A DNA stretch of 64,000 nt from Candidatus Bathyarchaeota archaeon (GTDB lineage: Archaea > Thermoproteota > Bathyarchaeia > Bathyarchaeales > Bathycorpusculaceae): contig CAWHDT010000005.1 in the NCBI GenBank assembly GCA_963828195.1, forward strand, positions 864,001 to 928,000. The letters are read 5' to 3'. The notes beneath the pieces are model-generated. The model did no database searches, was not told the DNA's origin, and saw only the letters and a list, made by a program, of their open reading frames with translations. The position numbers and the translations under genes were made by a program. Below are positions 38,164-48,013 of the stretch, one piece after another (within the stretch, counting starts at the first letter, position 1; the number at the start of each line of letters is the position of its first letter).

Positions 38164-39948
38164 ATGCCAACACGCCAACCAATAGTATGCGTATTAGGAC
38201 ATGTAGATGCGGGAAAAACCTCGCTGCTTGATGAACTGAGAAAAACCAGCGTGCAAGCGCGTGAAGCAGGCGGAATGACTCAGCATATAGGCGCAAGCTT
38301 CTTCCCCGTTGAAACGCTCAAACAGCTTATCGGTCCCTACATGTCTAGTTTCAAAACAGGTATAGAAATCCCCGGTCTTTTGATTGTTGATACGCCTGGG
38401 CATGAGGCTTTCACGAACTTGAGGCGCAGAGGCGGAAGCGTCGCGGACATAGCGATACTTGTCGTGAATGCGATAAAAGGTTTTGAAGCTCAAACTTTCG
38501 AGTGCATCGATATTTTGAAAGCCCGCAAAACCCCGTTTATCGTTGCTGTCAATCAGATTGATCGCATTCCGGGTTGGGTGCCTCAGCGCGGCGAGCCTTT
38601 TTTGAAGTCTTATGCTTCCCAATCCAGTTTCGTGCGTGAAGCGGTGGATAACCGTCTATACCAGGTGATGGGTGAGTTTTCGCGTTTAGGTTTCAAAACT
38701 GACCGGTTTGATCACATCCGCGATTTCACGGTTAACGTGGCTTTGGTTCCGACCAGCGCAAAAACCGGCGAAGGCTTATCAGAGCTAGTTATGGTTCTGG
38801 TTGGACTGAGCCAGCAGTTTCTCAAGAAACGTTTGGAGACAACAGAGGGCGCAGCTAAGGGTACAGTGCTAGAGGTAAAAGATGAACCAGGTTTAGGCTT
38901 AACTTTGAACACTATTGTTTACGATGGCACCCTACATAAGGACGATTTGATTGTTGTCGGGGGACGCAACGGGGCGCTTTCGGCTCGTGTACGCGCGATT
39001 TTAGTTCCAAAGCCCCTTGATGAGATGAGGGATCCGCGGGACAAGTTTACTTCAGTTGACTGCGTTTTTGCCAGTGCAGGTGTTAAGATAGTTGCGCCTG
39101 ATTTGGAGGGCGCTTTGGCCGGTGCACCATTATTCGCTGTGCCAACCGGTGAAGACCCCGCTAAATACAGTAAGCTTATCACTGAAGAAATCGGCAGAAT
39201 CAGGATTGCCAAGGAGATTGAAGGCGTCATCGTTAAGGCAGACACACTTGGCTCGTTAGAGGCCATGGCTGAAATTTTGAAAGCCAACAACGTTCAGGTT
39301 CGAATCGCAGACGTCGGGGACATCAGCAAACGCGACGTGATTGAGGCATCAGTTGTGAAGACGCGTGAACCGTTAGTCGGCGCCATTTTGGCTTTCGGCG
39401 TCAAAACTTTGCCTGACGCAGCGGAGGAAGCAGAACACAACAACATTCCTATTTTTAACCAACCCATCATCTACAACCTGATAGACGCCTACATTCAGTG
39501 GGCTAAAAACAAGCGCGAATCAAAAAGCGAAGCAGAATTTGAGGCACTTGTCAAGCCGGGAAAACTTATGGTTTTGCCCAACTGCATTTTCCACAGAGCT
39601 AAGCCGCTTGTCGTCGGCGTGGAGGTTTTAGGCGGGCGGTTGCAGCCGAAGTATGGCCTTATGCGCAAGGAAGACAGCAGCGATTTAGGGGAAGTTGACC
39701 AGATTCAGGACCAGGGCAAAGCCGTGCCGGAAGCTAAGGTCGGCATGCAGGTGGCGATTTCGATGGATAAGCCGATTGCGGGCAGGCATATATTTGAAAA
39801 AGACATTTTGTACGTGAAGGTGCCTGAGAAGGACGCTAAAGCATTGTTGACGACACATGCAGATGATTTGACGGCGGATGAACAAGAAGTGCTAAAAGAA
39901 TTCATTGCGCTTATGCGTAAGAAAACTCTGTTTTGGGCTGGAGTTTAA
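38164..39948 (+). CDS. infB: Translation initiation factor aIF5B (IF-2)
   Basis: GHVDAGKT, TQHIGA, DTPGHEAF, KADTLGSLEA. Confidence 0.97.
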   Translation: MPTRQPIVCVLGHVDAGKTSLLDELRKTSVQAREAGGMTQHIGASFFPVETLKQLIGPYMSSFKTGIEIPGLLIVDTPGHEAFTNLRRRGGSVADIAILVVNAIKGFEAQTFECIDILKARKTPFIVAVNQIDRIPGWVPQRGEPFLKSYASQSSFVREAVDNRLYQVMGEFSRLGFKTDRFDHIRDFTVNVALVPTSAKTGEGLSELVMVLVGLSQQFLKKRLETTEGAAKGTVLEVKDEPGLGLTLNTIVYDGTLHKDDLIVVGGRNGALSARVRAILVPKPLDEMRDPRDKFTSVDCVFASAGVKIVAPDLEGALAGAPLFAVPTGEDPAKYSKLITEEIGRIRIAKEIEGVIVKADTLGSLEAMAEILKANNVQVRIADVGDISKRDVIEASVVKTREPLVGAILAFGVKTLPDAAEEAEHNNIPIFNQPIIYNLIDAYIQWAKNKRESKSEAEFEALVKPGKLMVLPNCIFHRAKPLVVGVEVLGGRLQPKYGLMRKEDSSDLGEVDQIQDQGKAVPEAKVGMQVAISMDKPIAGRHIFEKDILYVKVPEKDAKALLTTHADDLTADEQEVLKEFIALMRKKTLFWAGV

Positions 39949-39974
39949 AAGAAAGGTTTCGCCCATGTTTTGTA

Positions 39975-40208
39975 GCTGAATTTTGTTATTAATTTTCATT
40001 TTTGAAAGAACAACAACACCCGAAATTCAAATGTTGTTCTTCTCGGCAATCAATATTTCAAAAGAAGAAGCTGGTGAAATCGTTTTTCTTCTTCTTCTTC
40101 TTCCGCCCGGTTTCTTTTTGTTGCCGTTTTTTGGTGCAAATAGTAGGTAGGTCTATAGGTAGGCGGATTTCTGTGCAGGGCTTAATTCAGACTGTTTTTC
40201 GGATTTAG
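39975..40208 (+). repeat. Dispersed double-hairpin non-coding repeat, copy 2
   Basis: Same length (234 bp) and shared blocks with 3101-3334. Confidence 0.85.
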
Positions 40209-40298
40209 TGTTTGGATTTAAGCTTAAGGCAGAGAAAAAAATGGTTTAAAGCCTTACAGAAACTGCTTCCGCCCATACTCCGGAGACCAGACACTGAA

Positions 40299-40890
40299 TC
40301 ACTTAGGCTTTTCTTTAAAGCATAAAGTTAAAATGCCGTCAATACAGAACGGGAACAGTTCCCCTTCGCTGCCTTGTTTCACACACAGCTGTTTCATGTC
40401 GCATTTCGGGCAGATTTCGCTGCTTAACTGCGCCGAGCTAATTTCTAAGAAGCTTTTTTCTTTAAGGGTTTCGTATGCGAATTTCAAGTATTTTCCTTCA
40501 GCTATCCGTGGGACCTCATATTTTGCTGCTTCTACCCCAGCTTGGATGGCAAAGTGTTCGTAGAGTCTTTCTTGCGCCTTTTTGGGAGTTACAGCTTTTG
40601 CATATCCAAACTATATTCTTCTCAACATTTGGTCCATGATATTTTTGTGGCAGCAAATGCTCAAGCGTCAAGTCCGCGGTTGCCCCACAGAAAACGCATT
40701 CGTTCGTATACTCCCGTTCTTTGACGTATTCCCTGATTTCATTCCAACTAATGCTGCCCGACTTAAGCTGCTTAAACTTGTTCATAACAAAACCATAATC
40801 TTTCTTGCCGATGCCAGCTGAATCAGCGATTATTTTCGCGTACTGCCAATAAATAAGGTCCTCAATGGTTTTAACTGCAGCTGGAGGCAT
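40299..40890 (-). pseudogene. HNH endonuclease, frameshifted near 40569
   Basis: CVFCG..EHLLP..N...CKSCNSQKG; removing one A gives ..GARRLYEH.. continuing into 40299-40487. Confidence 0.75.
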
Positions 40891-40928
40891 GGATTTTTGT
40901 CCCCTTGATTAGATGAGGATAATAGCAT

Positions 40929-41943
40929 TTACTCTTTAGCTTTGCTTTTCTGCTTTTGTTTATTTTTCTTAAACAGCATAATTTCGTCAGTTGAAATGTT
41001 GCAGGCTTCTTGCGATATTTTGATTCCACCAAAAAGGAGAGCAAGTGGGCTCTCAACTTCTTTCAGTTCTTCTATGTATTCTTTCGGTATTTTCCTTCCG
41101 AGAAGCATGCATGCCAGTAGCAAGAAGTCTTTATCTTGCTTATCAAAATCGTTTAGAAATGCATACGACCCTATTATTTCCTTTGAGGCAGCTTTTAAAT
41201 CAAAAGTCACCGTTGGCTTAACAAAAGCTGATACATCATCTCTGTAAGCGCTGTTCTCGTATCTCTTGGTCAAATTTAGGTAGTGGGTTTTTGGGTTGAA
41301 AACTTTGCGAGAACGGTAGAAATAGTAAAGAAACATCTTTCTTATGATAACTGGATTTGGCTTAAGTTTTGAAATAAAGTACAGGTCGTATATGTCTCTC
41401 CCTTTGCTTCTTTCCATTAGCGCTCTTAAGTTTAGTTGACGTTAATTCTTCCAAAGTATAAGTTGTTACATTGGCAACTCCATCCGGTGTTTTTATTTGT
41501 TTTTGAAGAGGCGGAAGGATAGGAAAGCGCTCTACATGAGAAATTTCGATTTTAATATTTTGATTGGTGCCAGCAAGGGTTCTGTATCTGGCCTTAATTG
41601 TCGTCTGCTCATACCTGTGTTTTGAGTGAATGATGCAGGCAGTATCATGTTTTTCTAAAAGACTGCATAGCTGCTTTCTGATTGCTTGCTTTTCTTGTAA
41701 TACTTTTTCTTTAGGTCCTATATGGTTAAAGTCAAGATCCACTGAAAGCCTCGATGTTGCCCCCAAATACAATTTGTTTATGGCAGTTCCGCCTTTCATA
41801 AACAATCGTTCGGATAGGAAATCGTTTTGGTATATACCTTGGAGAATTGCCACGAGGCGATAGTCTAATTCCGCGAAAAGCAAATCTGAAAGTCCCTGCT
41901 CATCTGCCCAAACTCTTAGGTCATGACTAGTTAGCTTGAGCAA
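40929..41943 (-). pseudogene. AbiEii/AbiGii nucleotidyltransferase toxin, frameshifted near 41428
   Basis: KGGTAI, RLSVDLDF, IKIEIS; removing one base restores KLRALMERSKGRDIYDL. Confidence 0.82.
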
Positions 41944-41963
41944 ATTGCACCACTACCTTTACA

Positions 41964-43181
41964 TTATATCTCAAGAAAGCCCGCGTTGTTAATTATCCCC
42001 CATTTCCTCGATATTTCACCTTGCATCGGTCCGTCGATGTCAAGACGATAAACCTTAGAGCTGCTTAACGCCAAAAGATCGTTAAGAATTGTCTGGTCAA
42101 TTTGAATCTTTTTTCGTTCTCTTAAAAAGTCGATGATGAAACCTATTCTTTGAGCAAGGGCATGGTTTTCAAATTGAGTTATATACTTAACTAACTTTTG
42201 CCAATCGAATTTTTCCGTTGAAATGGCATTTAATAAAATCCTGATTACTTCTGCAATGCCGCTGCTTAGATCTTGCCTATCCGCACAGTCAACGATGGTT
42301 TTCTCAATGTCTGAGACCTTTAGGTTGATATCTGAGTATTTAGTTTCCTGATATCCGAAAAACCGCGATTTCTTTATGTTGACAAAAACCAGATTTATAT
42401 TTCCAATTTTTATTGGCCTCAATTGTTTGAGTACAGCCACGGTGGTTTTAAAAGGCATTTGTTCAGCTATGCCGTGAATGTGCGCAGCACTATAGTAAGC
42501 GATATAGTAATCACTTTGCTTCATCAGTTCACTGACTAAAACCAAGGGGTCAGCAACATAGCTTTTCCTGCCATAAAGTACGTCTGCAGGGATGATTACG
42601 TATTTTCCTCTTCCAACTCTCTGAGCAGCACCTTGCTTTGCCAGTTTTGACAAAATATTCTTGGCACGCGAATTCGAGATTCCAAGCGTTAATATCAAGT
42701 CTTCGACTTTAACAACAGTATACCCTCGTTTCAGAAGAGCGAAATATGCGGTCTGTTGTACTGGGCTGAGCTTCACTACAGCATTTCTGCCGTTTTCATT
42801 TTTTGCAATATCTTGCGGTAAACCTAAATCGGCAAAAGTAAGGGTGCTGATATCTATCTTTTTTAGAGTATCCTTTAATTCTGAATTTATCCCCTCGCAA
42901 ATAAGAAAAACTTTTGCGTCAGGATTAACTTTTGACAACGTTGATTTGTATTCAACGATTTGTCCTACGCTTAATCTGTTACACTTAGACGCTTTGACTT
43001 CGATATAGTAATCGATTCCTTTCGAATCTTTCGCATGTATGTCAAAAGTACTATTACTTGTAACCCGCTCATTTTGATTTACCAGCTTGAGACCAGGAAA
43101 GAAACGAGGCAAGTTATCTGCTAAGTAATTCTCAAGCGCCTGTCGATTTGAATATGGTTCAATCTGACTTTTCATATTCAC
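41964..43181 (-). CDS. Fusion of NucS-like PD-(D/E)xK domain and AbiEi type IV antitoxin
   Basis: LENYL..N, FDIHAKD..YIEVK..VGQIVEY; then RVGRGKY, YYSAAHIHG, SDIEKTIVD, QRIGF. Confidence 0.8.
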   Translation of the reverse strand: MNMKSQIEPYSNRQALENYLADNLPRFFPGLKLVNQNERVTSNSTFDIHAKDSKGIDYYIEVKASKCNRLSVGQIVEYKSTLSKVNPDAKVFLICEGINSELKDTLKKIDISTLTFADLGLPQDIAKNENGRNAVVKLSPVQQTAYFALLKRGYTVVKVEDLILTLGISNSRAKNILSKLAKQGAAQRVGRGKYVIIPADVLYGRKSYVADPLVLVSELMKQSDYYIAYYSAAHIHGIAEQMPFKTTVAVLKQLRPIKIGNINLVFVNIKKSRFFGYQETKYSDINLKVSDIEKTIVDCADRQDLSSGIAEVIRILLNAISTEKFDWQKLVKYITQFENHALAQRIGFIIDFLRERKKIQIDQTILNDLLALSSSKVYRLDIDGPMQGEISRKWGIINNAGFLEI

Positions 43182-43357
43182 TACGCACTTTATATGAGGT
43201 TCATTATGTATATAAAAGGTTTCAGGCTTTCCCTAAATTAATTCAGCATTATCATTTCGCGCTTTCTTTATGCTTGCTGCTTCGATGATTATCTTGGCTA
43301 TAAACTTCGGGGTTGAGAAAGCGTTTTATCCCCAAAAAATGGAGGAAACCTTGACTT

Positions 43358-43576
43358 ATGGTGCATGTAGAATACGACCCAAAAGCCGATGCTATGTACA
43401 TTTGGTTGAGAAAAGCCAAATATGACATAAGCGAAGAACTAGCAGAAAACGTAGTTATAGATTTGGACAAAAACGGGCGAATCATAGGTATAGAAGGTTT
43501 GGATGCTTCAAAGAACTTGGGCAAAGAGCTAGTAACTAAAATCATTAATACGGAAAAAATAGCTGCGACAGTTTAG
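43358..43576 (+). CDS. DUF2283 family protein (putative antitoxin)
   Basis: YDPKADAMYI, IDLDKNGRIIGIE.LDAS. Confidence 0.85.
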   Translation: MVHVEYDPKADAMYIWLRKAKYDISEELAENVVIDLDKNGRIIGIEGLDASKNLGKELVTKIINTEKIAATV

Positions 43577-43588
43577 ATGACAAATGGT

Positions 43589-43747
43589 TTACATTGCCGG
43601 GTTCTTGCGGTTTTCTATTTCTTCCTTCGTCCAGTCATGAAGCACCAGAGCCATCCAAACGTAGTTGACGTAGGGAACGCCTATCATGCTGGCTTCAAAA
43701 CTAAGTTTCGTAGCTACTGTCAATATATGCTCTTTACTCATCAGCAT
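43589..43747 (-). CDS. Small hypothetical protein (52 aa), not in ORF track
   Basis: MLMSKEHILTVATKLSFEASMIGVPYVNYVWMALVLHDWTKEE... Confidence 0.3.
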   Translation of the reverse strand: MLMSKEHILTVATKLSFEASMIGVPYVNYVWMALVLHDWTKEEIENRKNPAM

Positions 43748-43878
43748 TTTTCTATCTCACGCTTCTTTGAACTGTTTTTAACTTTTGGTTAATAGTTAGA
43801 TGTCTCAAGAAATAAATCTTATCTAGTTAAAATATAGGTTCCAACGGAGAACCCGCTTGATTCTATAGGCTAGAGTTC

Positions 43879-44172
43879 CTAGCCGCCGCCTACTGGTGGC
43901 AGAATAGCCAGCACATCCCCCTCTTTGAGTTCTGTTTCTAAACCGTTCTGCGTTGATGTGCTGTTTCCGTTAACGAGAAATTGGAGGAAACCTTTAGGTT
44001 GCTGCGTTTTGCCGTCGTAAACATACTCTGCGAAGGGTGTTCCGTATTTTTTGGAGAGCATTTTAAGAACCAAGTCAACAGTAACCTTCTCACCACTAGT
44101 AAAATTGAGCGTTTCTTCTCTTTTGCCTGCGATTTCTCGGAGGCTTGTGAATAAGCGAACTTTAACTTGCAA
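43879..44172 (-). CDS. MoaD/ThiS/SAMP ubiquitin-like protein
   Basis: VKVRLFTSLRE, LVNG, GDVLAILPPVGGG C-terminus. Confidence 0.92.
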   Translation of the reverse strand: MQVKVRLFTSLREIAGKREETLNFTSGEKVTVDLVLKMLSKKYGTPFAEYVYDGKTQQPKGFLQFLVNGNSTSTQNGLETELKEGDVLAILPPVGGG

Positions 44173-44459
44173 TATCTCGCCATAATGATATTGACGATTG
44201 TAGAAATTAACTTTACGAAGCTGAAGTGTAGAAACAGTTTGATACAGCAAAGGCTTAAGCCAAACCAGATGTTGAGTTTATCTTATGTCTTCCAAACCAA
44301 AACGTAATCCGAAGAAACACTCGTTTCGCCCAGCGATGGATGAAGCCAGCAGCCCAATGCACGATGCCCATATAAAAAAGATACGGGAACAAGAAAAAAT
44401 TTAATCCCAAGCAAACCCTAAAGCCTACTGCAACTTGATATTGATAGGCTCGGTTCACT

Positions 44460-44927
44460 GTGAAAGGCTTAAGCGTAAAAATAGTGAAGGCAAACATCGG
44501 CGATGCAGAGGAAATTTTGGCGCTTCAAAAGTTGGCGTTTCAGAGCGTAGCGAAGGTTCATGGCGGCTTTCAGATTCCGCCGTTGACTGAAACCCTTGAC
44601 GAGTGGAAGGAGACTTTTAAGACCCATGTGGTTTTGAAGGCGACATTGGATGAAAAAATTATCGGCTCTGTCAGAGTCTTAGCCAAAGAGGGCACTTGCT
44701 TCGTGGGGCGGCTAATAGTTAACCCAGACTTTCAGAACCTTGGCGTCGGAACGAAGCTTCTCTTAGAAACTGAGCTTACTTTTCCAGCCTGCGGCAGGTT
44801 TGAGCTTTTCACAAGCAGCAAAAGCGTAAAGAGCATTTATCTTTACGAAAAACTCGGGTACAAACGATTTAAAACCGTGGAAATCACCGACGACCACAAG
44901 CTCGTTTTTCTCGAAAAAATAAGGTGA
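44460..44927 (+). CDS. GNAT N-acetyltransferase
   Basis: GRLIVNPDFQNLGVGTKL, LYEKLGY. Confidence 0.9.
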   Translation: MKGLSVKIVKANIGDAEEILALQKLAFQSVAKVHGGFQIPPLTETLDEWKETFKTHVVLKATLDEKIIGSVRVLAKEGTCFVGRLIVNPDFQNLGVGTKLLLETELTFPACGRFELFTSSKSVKSIYLYEKLGYKRFKTVEITDDHKLVFLEKIR

Positions 44928-44987
44928 ACCGACTTGTTTATCTTTCAAGCCATTTTAGAATAAAGGTAAGCTAAGAGGGGAACCAGC

Positions 44988-45759
44988 GTGAAGTTAAGTT
45001 TATCCAACGGCTTATTCAGCAAACTCAGCATAAACCAAAATTTAGCGGCGATAAAGAAGCTGGGCTTCGAAAACGTAGAGTTCAACATGAAATCTATCAA
45101 AAAGGAACATGACACCGACGTTTATCGGGAACAAAAAGCCTTAGCCGCCTCAGGTCTGCACTGCCTGACTCTTCACAGCGCCATCATGCATGTCAAAGAC
45201 CCCATAGAGGTCCACCAAGCGGTTTACTACGGCAAAGTCTCGCTTGAATGCGCCCGCGCCCTCGGGGTTTCGCTGATGGTTGTGCACTCGGACGTTTCAA
45301 AGAAGCTGCCGCGGAACCTTCGGGAAACCTGTTTGGAGCAGATTTTTAATGACGAAATCAAGCCTTTTGCTAAAAAGTTGGGGGTCAGGTTGGCTCTTGA
45401 GAACCTCTCTTACACGTTCAACGGGTTTCGGCAAGAATGTTGAGCAGCTTGAAGAAGTGCTAAACGTCATAGACCCCCAGCGTGAAATGGGGATAACTTT
45501 TGATTTGTGCCATGCGCTTGAAAGCAAACAAACAGACAGCCTGCTTGACAAGTATGGGTCACAAGTCTGCAACGTTCACATGGCTAACAAATCACATGTG
45601 CCCTTCACCGAAGCAAAACCCGAACTCACAGCCTTCCTCTCTAAACTCAAAAGTTACAGCTACGGTGGTCCAATAACGTTGGAGCTATCCCACAACAGCA
45701 CAATTGAAGAAATCGCAAAAAGCAAAGCCCTCTTCGAAAAGCTACTGGCACAGAATTAA
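44988..45759 (+). pseudogene. Sugar phosphate isomerase/epimerase (TIM barrel), frameshifted near 45417
   Basis: GFENVE, LALENL in frame 1; FDLCH, NVH, ITLEL in frame 2. Confidence 0.75.
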
Positions 45760-45796
45760 CACTGCTGAAACAGTTTCGACTGCTTCGGCGCATCAA

Positions 45797-46354
45797 TTAT
45801 TTTATCCATTTTACGACGTTTGGTTTGTCTCTATGTCCTGCGCCTGCTTTGCCCTTTGGGTAGCCAAGGATAAGAGGCACCTGCATTTCGTAGCCGCTCG
45901 GAATTACCGCTTTTTTCAGAATTTCAGGATGTGTCTGGTACAGAATTTCAATCCAGCCCATGTAGCATCCGCCTAAACCCAATTCGTGAGCTTTCAAGAA
46001 CATGTTCTGCGCGGCGAGCACGCTGTCCCTTAGGTTAATTTGGCTAAAAGTCTTGTCTGGTTCCGTGCAGATGAAAATCAACACAGGAGCATTATAACAA
46101 ATAATATCTTTGTCCGTCTCGAACCGTTCGGCGAAAGCAGGCATCGCTGCCTTTACGGCTTTTTTGGTTTCTTCCGAAACAAACTTTATAGTGTCTTTAT
46201 TCTCCACAACTATGAAACGCCAAGGCTGTCTGCCCATTCCAGTTGCTGCCCAAACGCCAGCTTCAAGAACTGCTTCAACAATGTCCTTTGGTACGGGTTG
46301 ATCTTTGAAAGATCTGACGCTTCTTCTGCCCTTAATACAATCATCAAGCTGCAT
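45797..46354 (-). CDS. Nitroreductase family protein
   Basis: RRSVRSF, QPWRFIVV, AAQNMFLKAHELGLG. Confidence 0.92.
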   Translation of the reverse strand: MQLDDCIKGRRSVRSFKDQPVPKDIVEAVLEAGVWAATGMGRQPWRFIVVENKDTIKFVSEETKKAVKAAMPAFAERFETDKDIICYNAPVLIFICTEPDKTFSQINLRDSVLAAQNMFLKAHELGLGGCYMGWIEILYQTHPEILKKAVIPSGYEMQVPLILGYPKGKAGAGHRDKPNVVKWIK

Positions 46355-46515
46355 AGAAAAAAGGAAGAAGGATGAAGTAAATAACTGTTGTGCGCTGCAG
46401 CAAAAACGCCTTTTGACTATATAAATCCGCCATTTAGCTGGTTTAGCTTGAATCAATCAGAAACCAACTGGATTACCCAGCAAAGCGCAACATTCTGCTT
46501 TAATTGATGCCCTTC

Positions 46516-46992
46516 TTAGAATTTCAAAGTTGCCCTCAGACGCCTTGGGTTAACCAAAAGATCAAGCCCATCTAAAGAGCTCGTCACTTGAACGTCAGCC
46601 GCTATCAAAGCCTCAACAGCACAGCCTTCCCTGCCTGACACGATAATTCCAAGCTTTGCAGCCTTAAGCATCTCGCGGTCGTTCATGCCGTTACCGAAAG
46701 CAACAACCTTCTCCGCTCCAAGCCCCTTAACGTAATCTGCTTTTTGGGCATCCATTTCTTTTTCTGCGAGAATGTGAAGCGTGCAGTTAACGTCTTTTAA
46801 TTCTTCTTTGGCTTTTCCAAATTCATCAGAAGTCAAAACCACAATTTTCAAAAACTCTGCAATTTTGTTTAATTTTTGTTTAACCTCAAGCGGCAGGTTG
46901 CCATCCACGGCTAATGTTCCGTTAAAGTCAGAAACCAAATATTCCAGTTTCAATGGACCAAAACCATGTATATCAATTTCAAGCATAAGCAT
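46516..46992 (-). CDS. HAD family hydrolase (soluble P-type ATPase-like)
   Basis: DFNGTLAVDG, TSD, GNGMNDREML. Confidence 0.85.
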   Translation of the reverse strand: MLMLEIDIHGFGPLKLEYLVSDFNGTLAVDGNLPLEVKQKLNKIAEFLKIVVLTSDEFGKAKEELKDVNCTLHILAEKEMDAQKADYVKGLGAEKVVAFGNGMNDREMLKAAKLGIIVSGREGCAVEALIAADVQVTSSLDGLDLLVNPRRLRATLKF

Positions 46993-47068
46993 CACTACCA
47001 AAAAAGTGTCTAGCCCACTATAAATTTGCTCACATGCGTCGTTCACGGGGCAGTTTTTGAAACGGGGT

Positions 47069-47380
47069 TTATATGACGTAGATGTCTTGGATGGTTACTA
47101 AGCCGTTGTCGCCAACTATCCTCTTAAGCTCTGGCAGAAGCGGCTCAAGCTTTGACTGCTCATCAATAACCTCTATTATCAGCGGCATGTTAACTGTGAC
47201 GCCTTCAAGCTTCAGGGTTGATTTGCCGCGTTTCCCAAACCCGTCAACGCCCGTCCAAGCAGTGGCGCCGCTGACCCCTGCATTTTTTAAAAAATCGATC
47301 ACTAGATGCTCAAGTCGTTTGCCGCCAACCTGGTCATTTCTTTTGAACCTGATTATGACGCTCCACATTTTCTGCATCAT
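47069..47380 (-). CDS. DUF190 PII-like protein
   Basis: GVSGATAWTGVDGFG, PLIIEVID; overlaps crcB stop. Confidence 0.85.
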   Translation of the reverse strand: MMQKMWSVIIRFKRNDQVGGKRLEHLVIDFLKNAGVSGATAWTGVDGFGKRGKSTLKLEGVTVNMPLIIEVIDEQSKLEPLLPELKRIVGDNGLVTIQDIYVI

Positions 47381-47772
47381 CTACTTATCCTCGCCATTAA
47401 GATGTTGCCCACCGCGATTCCGCCTAACACCGCGGTTATAGATAATCCAACGTTGGCAACTATGTTTAGCGCTACCAAGATAAGACGGTTGCTATCCATC
47501 AAGTTGGCGGTTTCAAGAGCAAACGAAGACATGGTTGTGAATGCTCCGCAAAAACCCGTAGCCACAAGCAGCGAGTAGTTTGAATCCAAGTTCAAGGAAA
47601 TCGCCAAAACCGAAAACAGCCCAAGTACAAAGCTGCCTATAACGTTTACAGCTAAAACATTGATGGGGAGTCCAACGATGGTTTTGGGCGATGCAACCAT
47701 TGCGTAACGCAGAAAGGCTCCGGCTACTGCGCCAACCGCTAACAGCACGAATTCTATTATCGTCATTTTCAT
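47377..47772 (-). CDS. crcB: Fluoride channel Fluc/CrcB
   Basis: GAFLRY, NVIGSF, TGFCGAFTTMSSF. Confidence 0.95.
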   Translation of the reverse strand: MKMTIIEFVLLAVGAVAGAFLRYAMVASPKTIVGLPINVLAVNVIGSFVLGLFSVLAISLNLDSNYSLLVATGFCGAFTTMSSFALETANLMDSNRLILVALNIVANVGLSITAVLGGIAVGNILMARISR

Positions 47773-47797
47773 GTTTACCTACCTGTAGTTTGTTTAG

Positions 47798-47862
47798 GTA
47801 GGCATTATCAGCAGCCATCTTTGGTGCGGTTCTGACTCGGGGTCAAGGCTAATGCCATAGCG
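47798..47862 (-). ncRNA. Fluoride (crcB) riboswitch
   Basis: GCTATGGCATTAGC..AACCGC..GCTGATAATGCCTAC with GGCATT/AATGCC pseudoknot, directly upstream of crcB. Confidence 0.88.
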
Positions 47863-48013
47863 CAGATTTTAGCTCCAAAAAACAAGCGTGCAGCTATTAT
47901 ACTTATTGGCGCCTGAACGCAGATTTCTGTGGTTAGTCAATAAACTTTGACTACACTTAGTCAAGAAAACTTTACGAGAACCCTTTTAGGAGCAAGCCGT
48001 CCCAACAATAAGT

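Noticed and set aside
39975-40890. HNH plus structured repeat as IscB/OMEGA-like RNA-guided system
   Set aside because: Protein is about 197 aa with no RuvC or PLMP motifs, and other repeat copies lack an HNH neighbour
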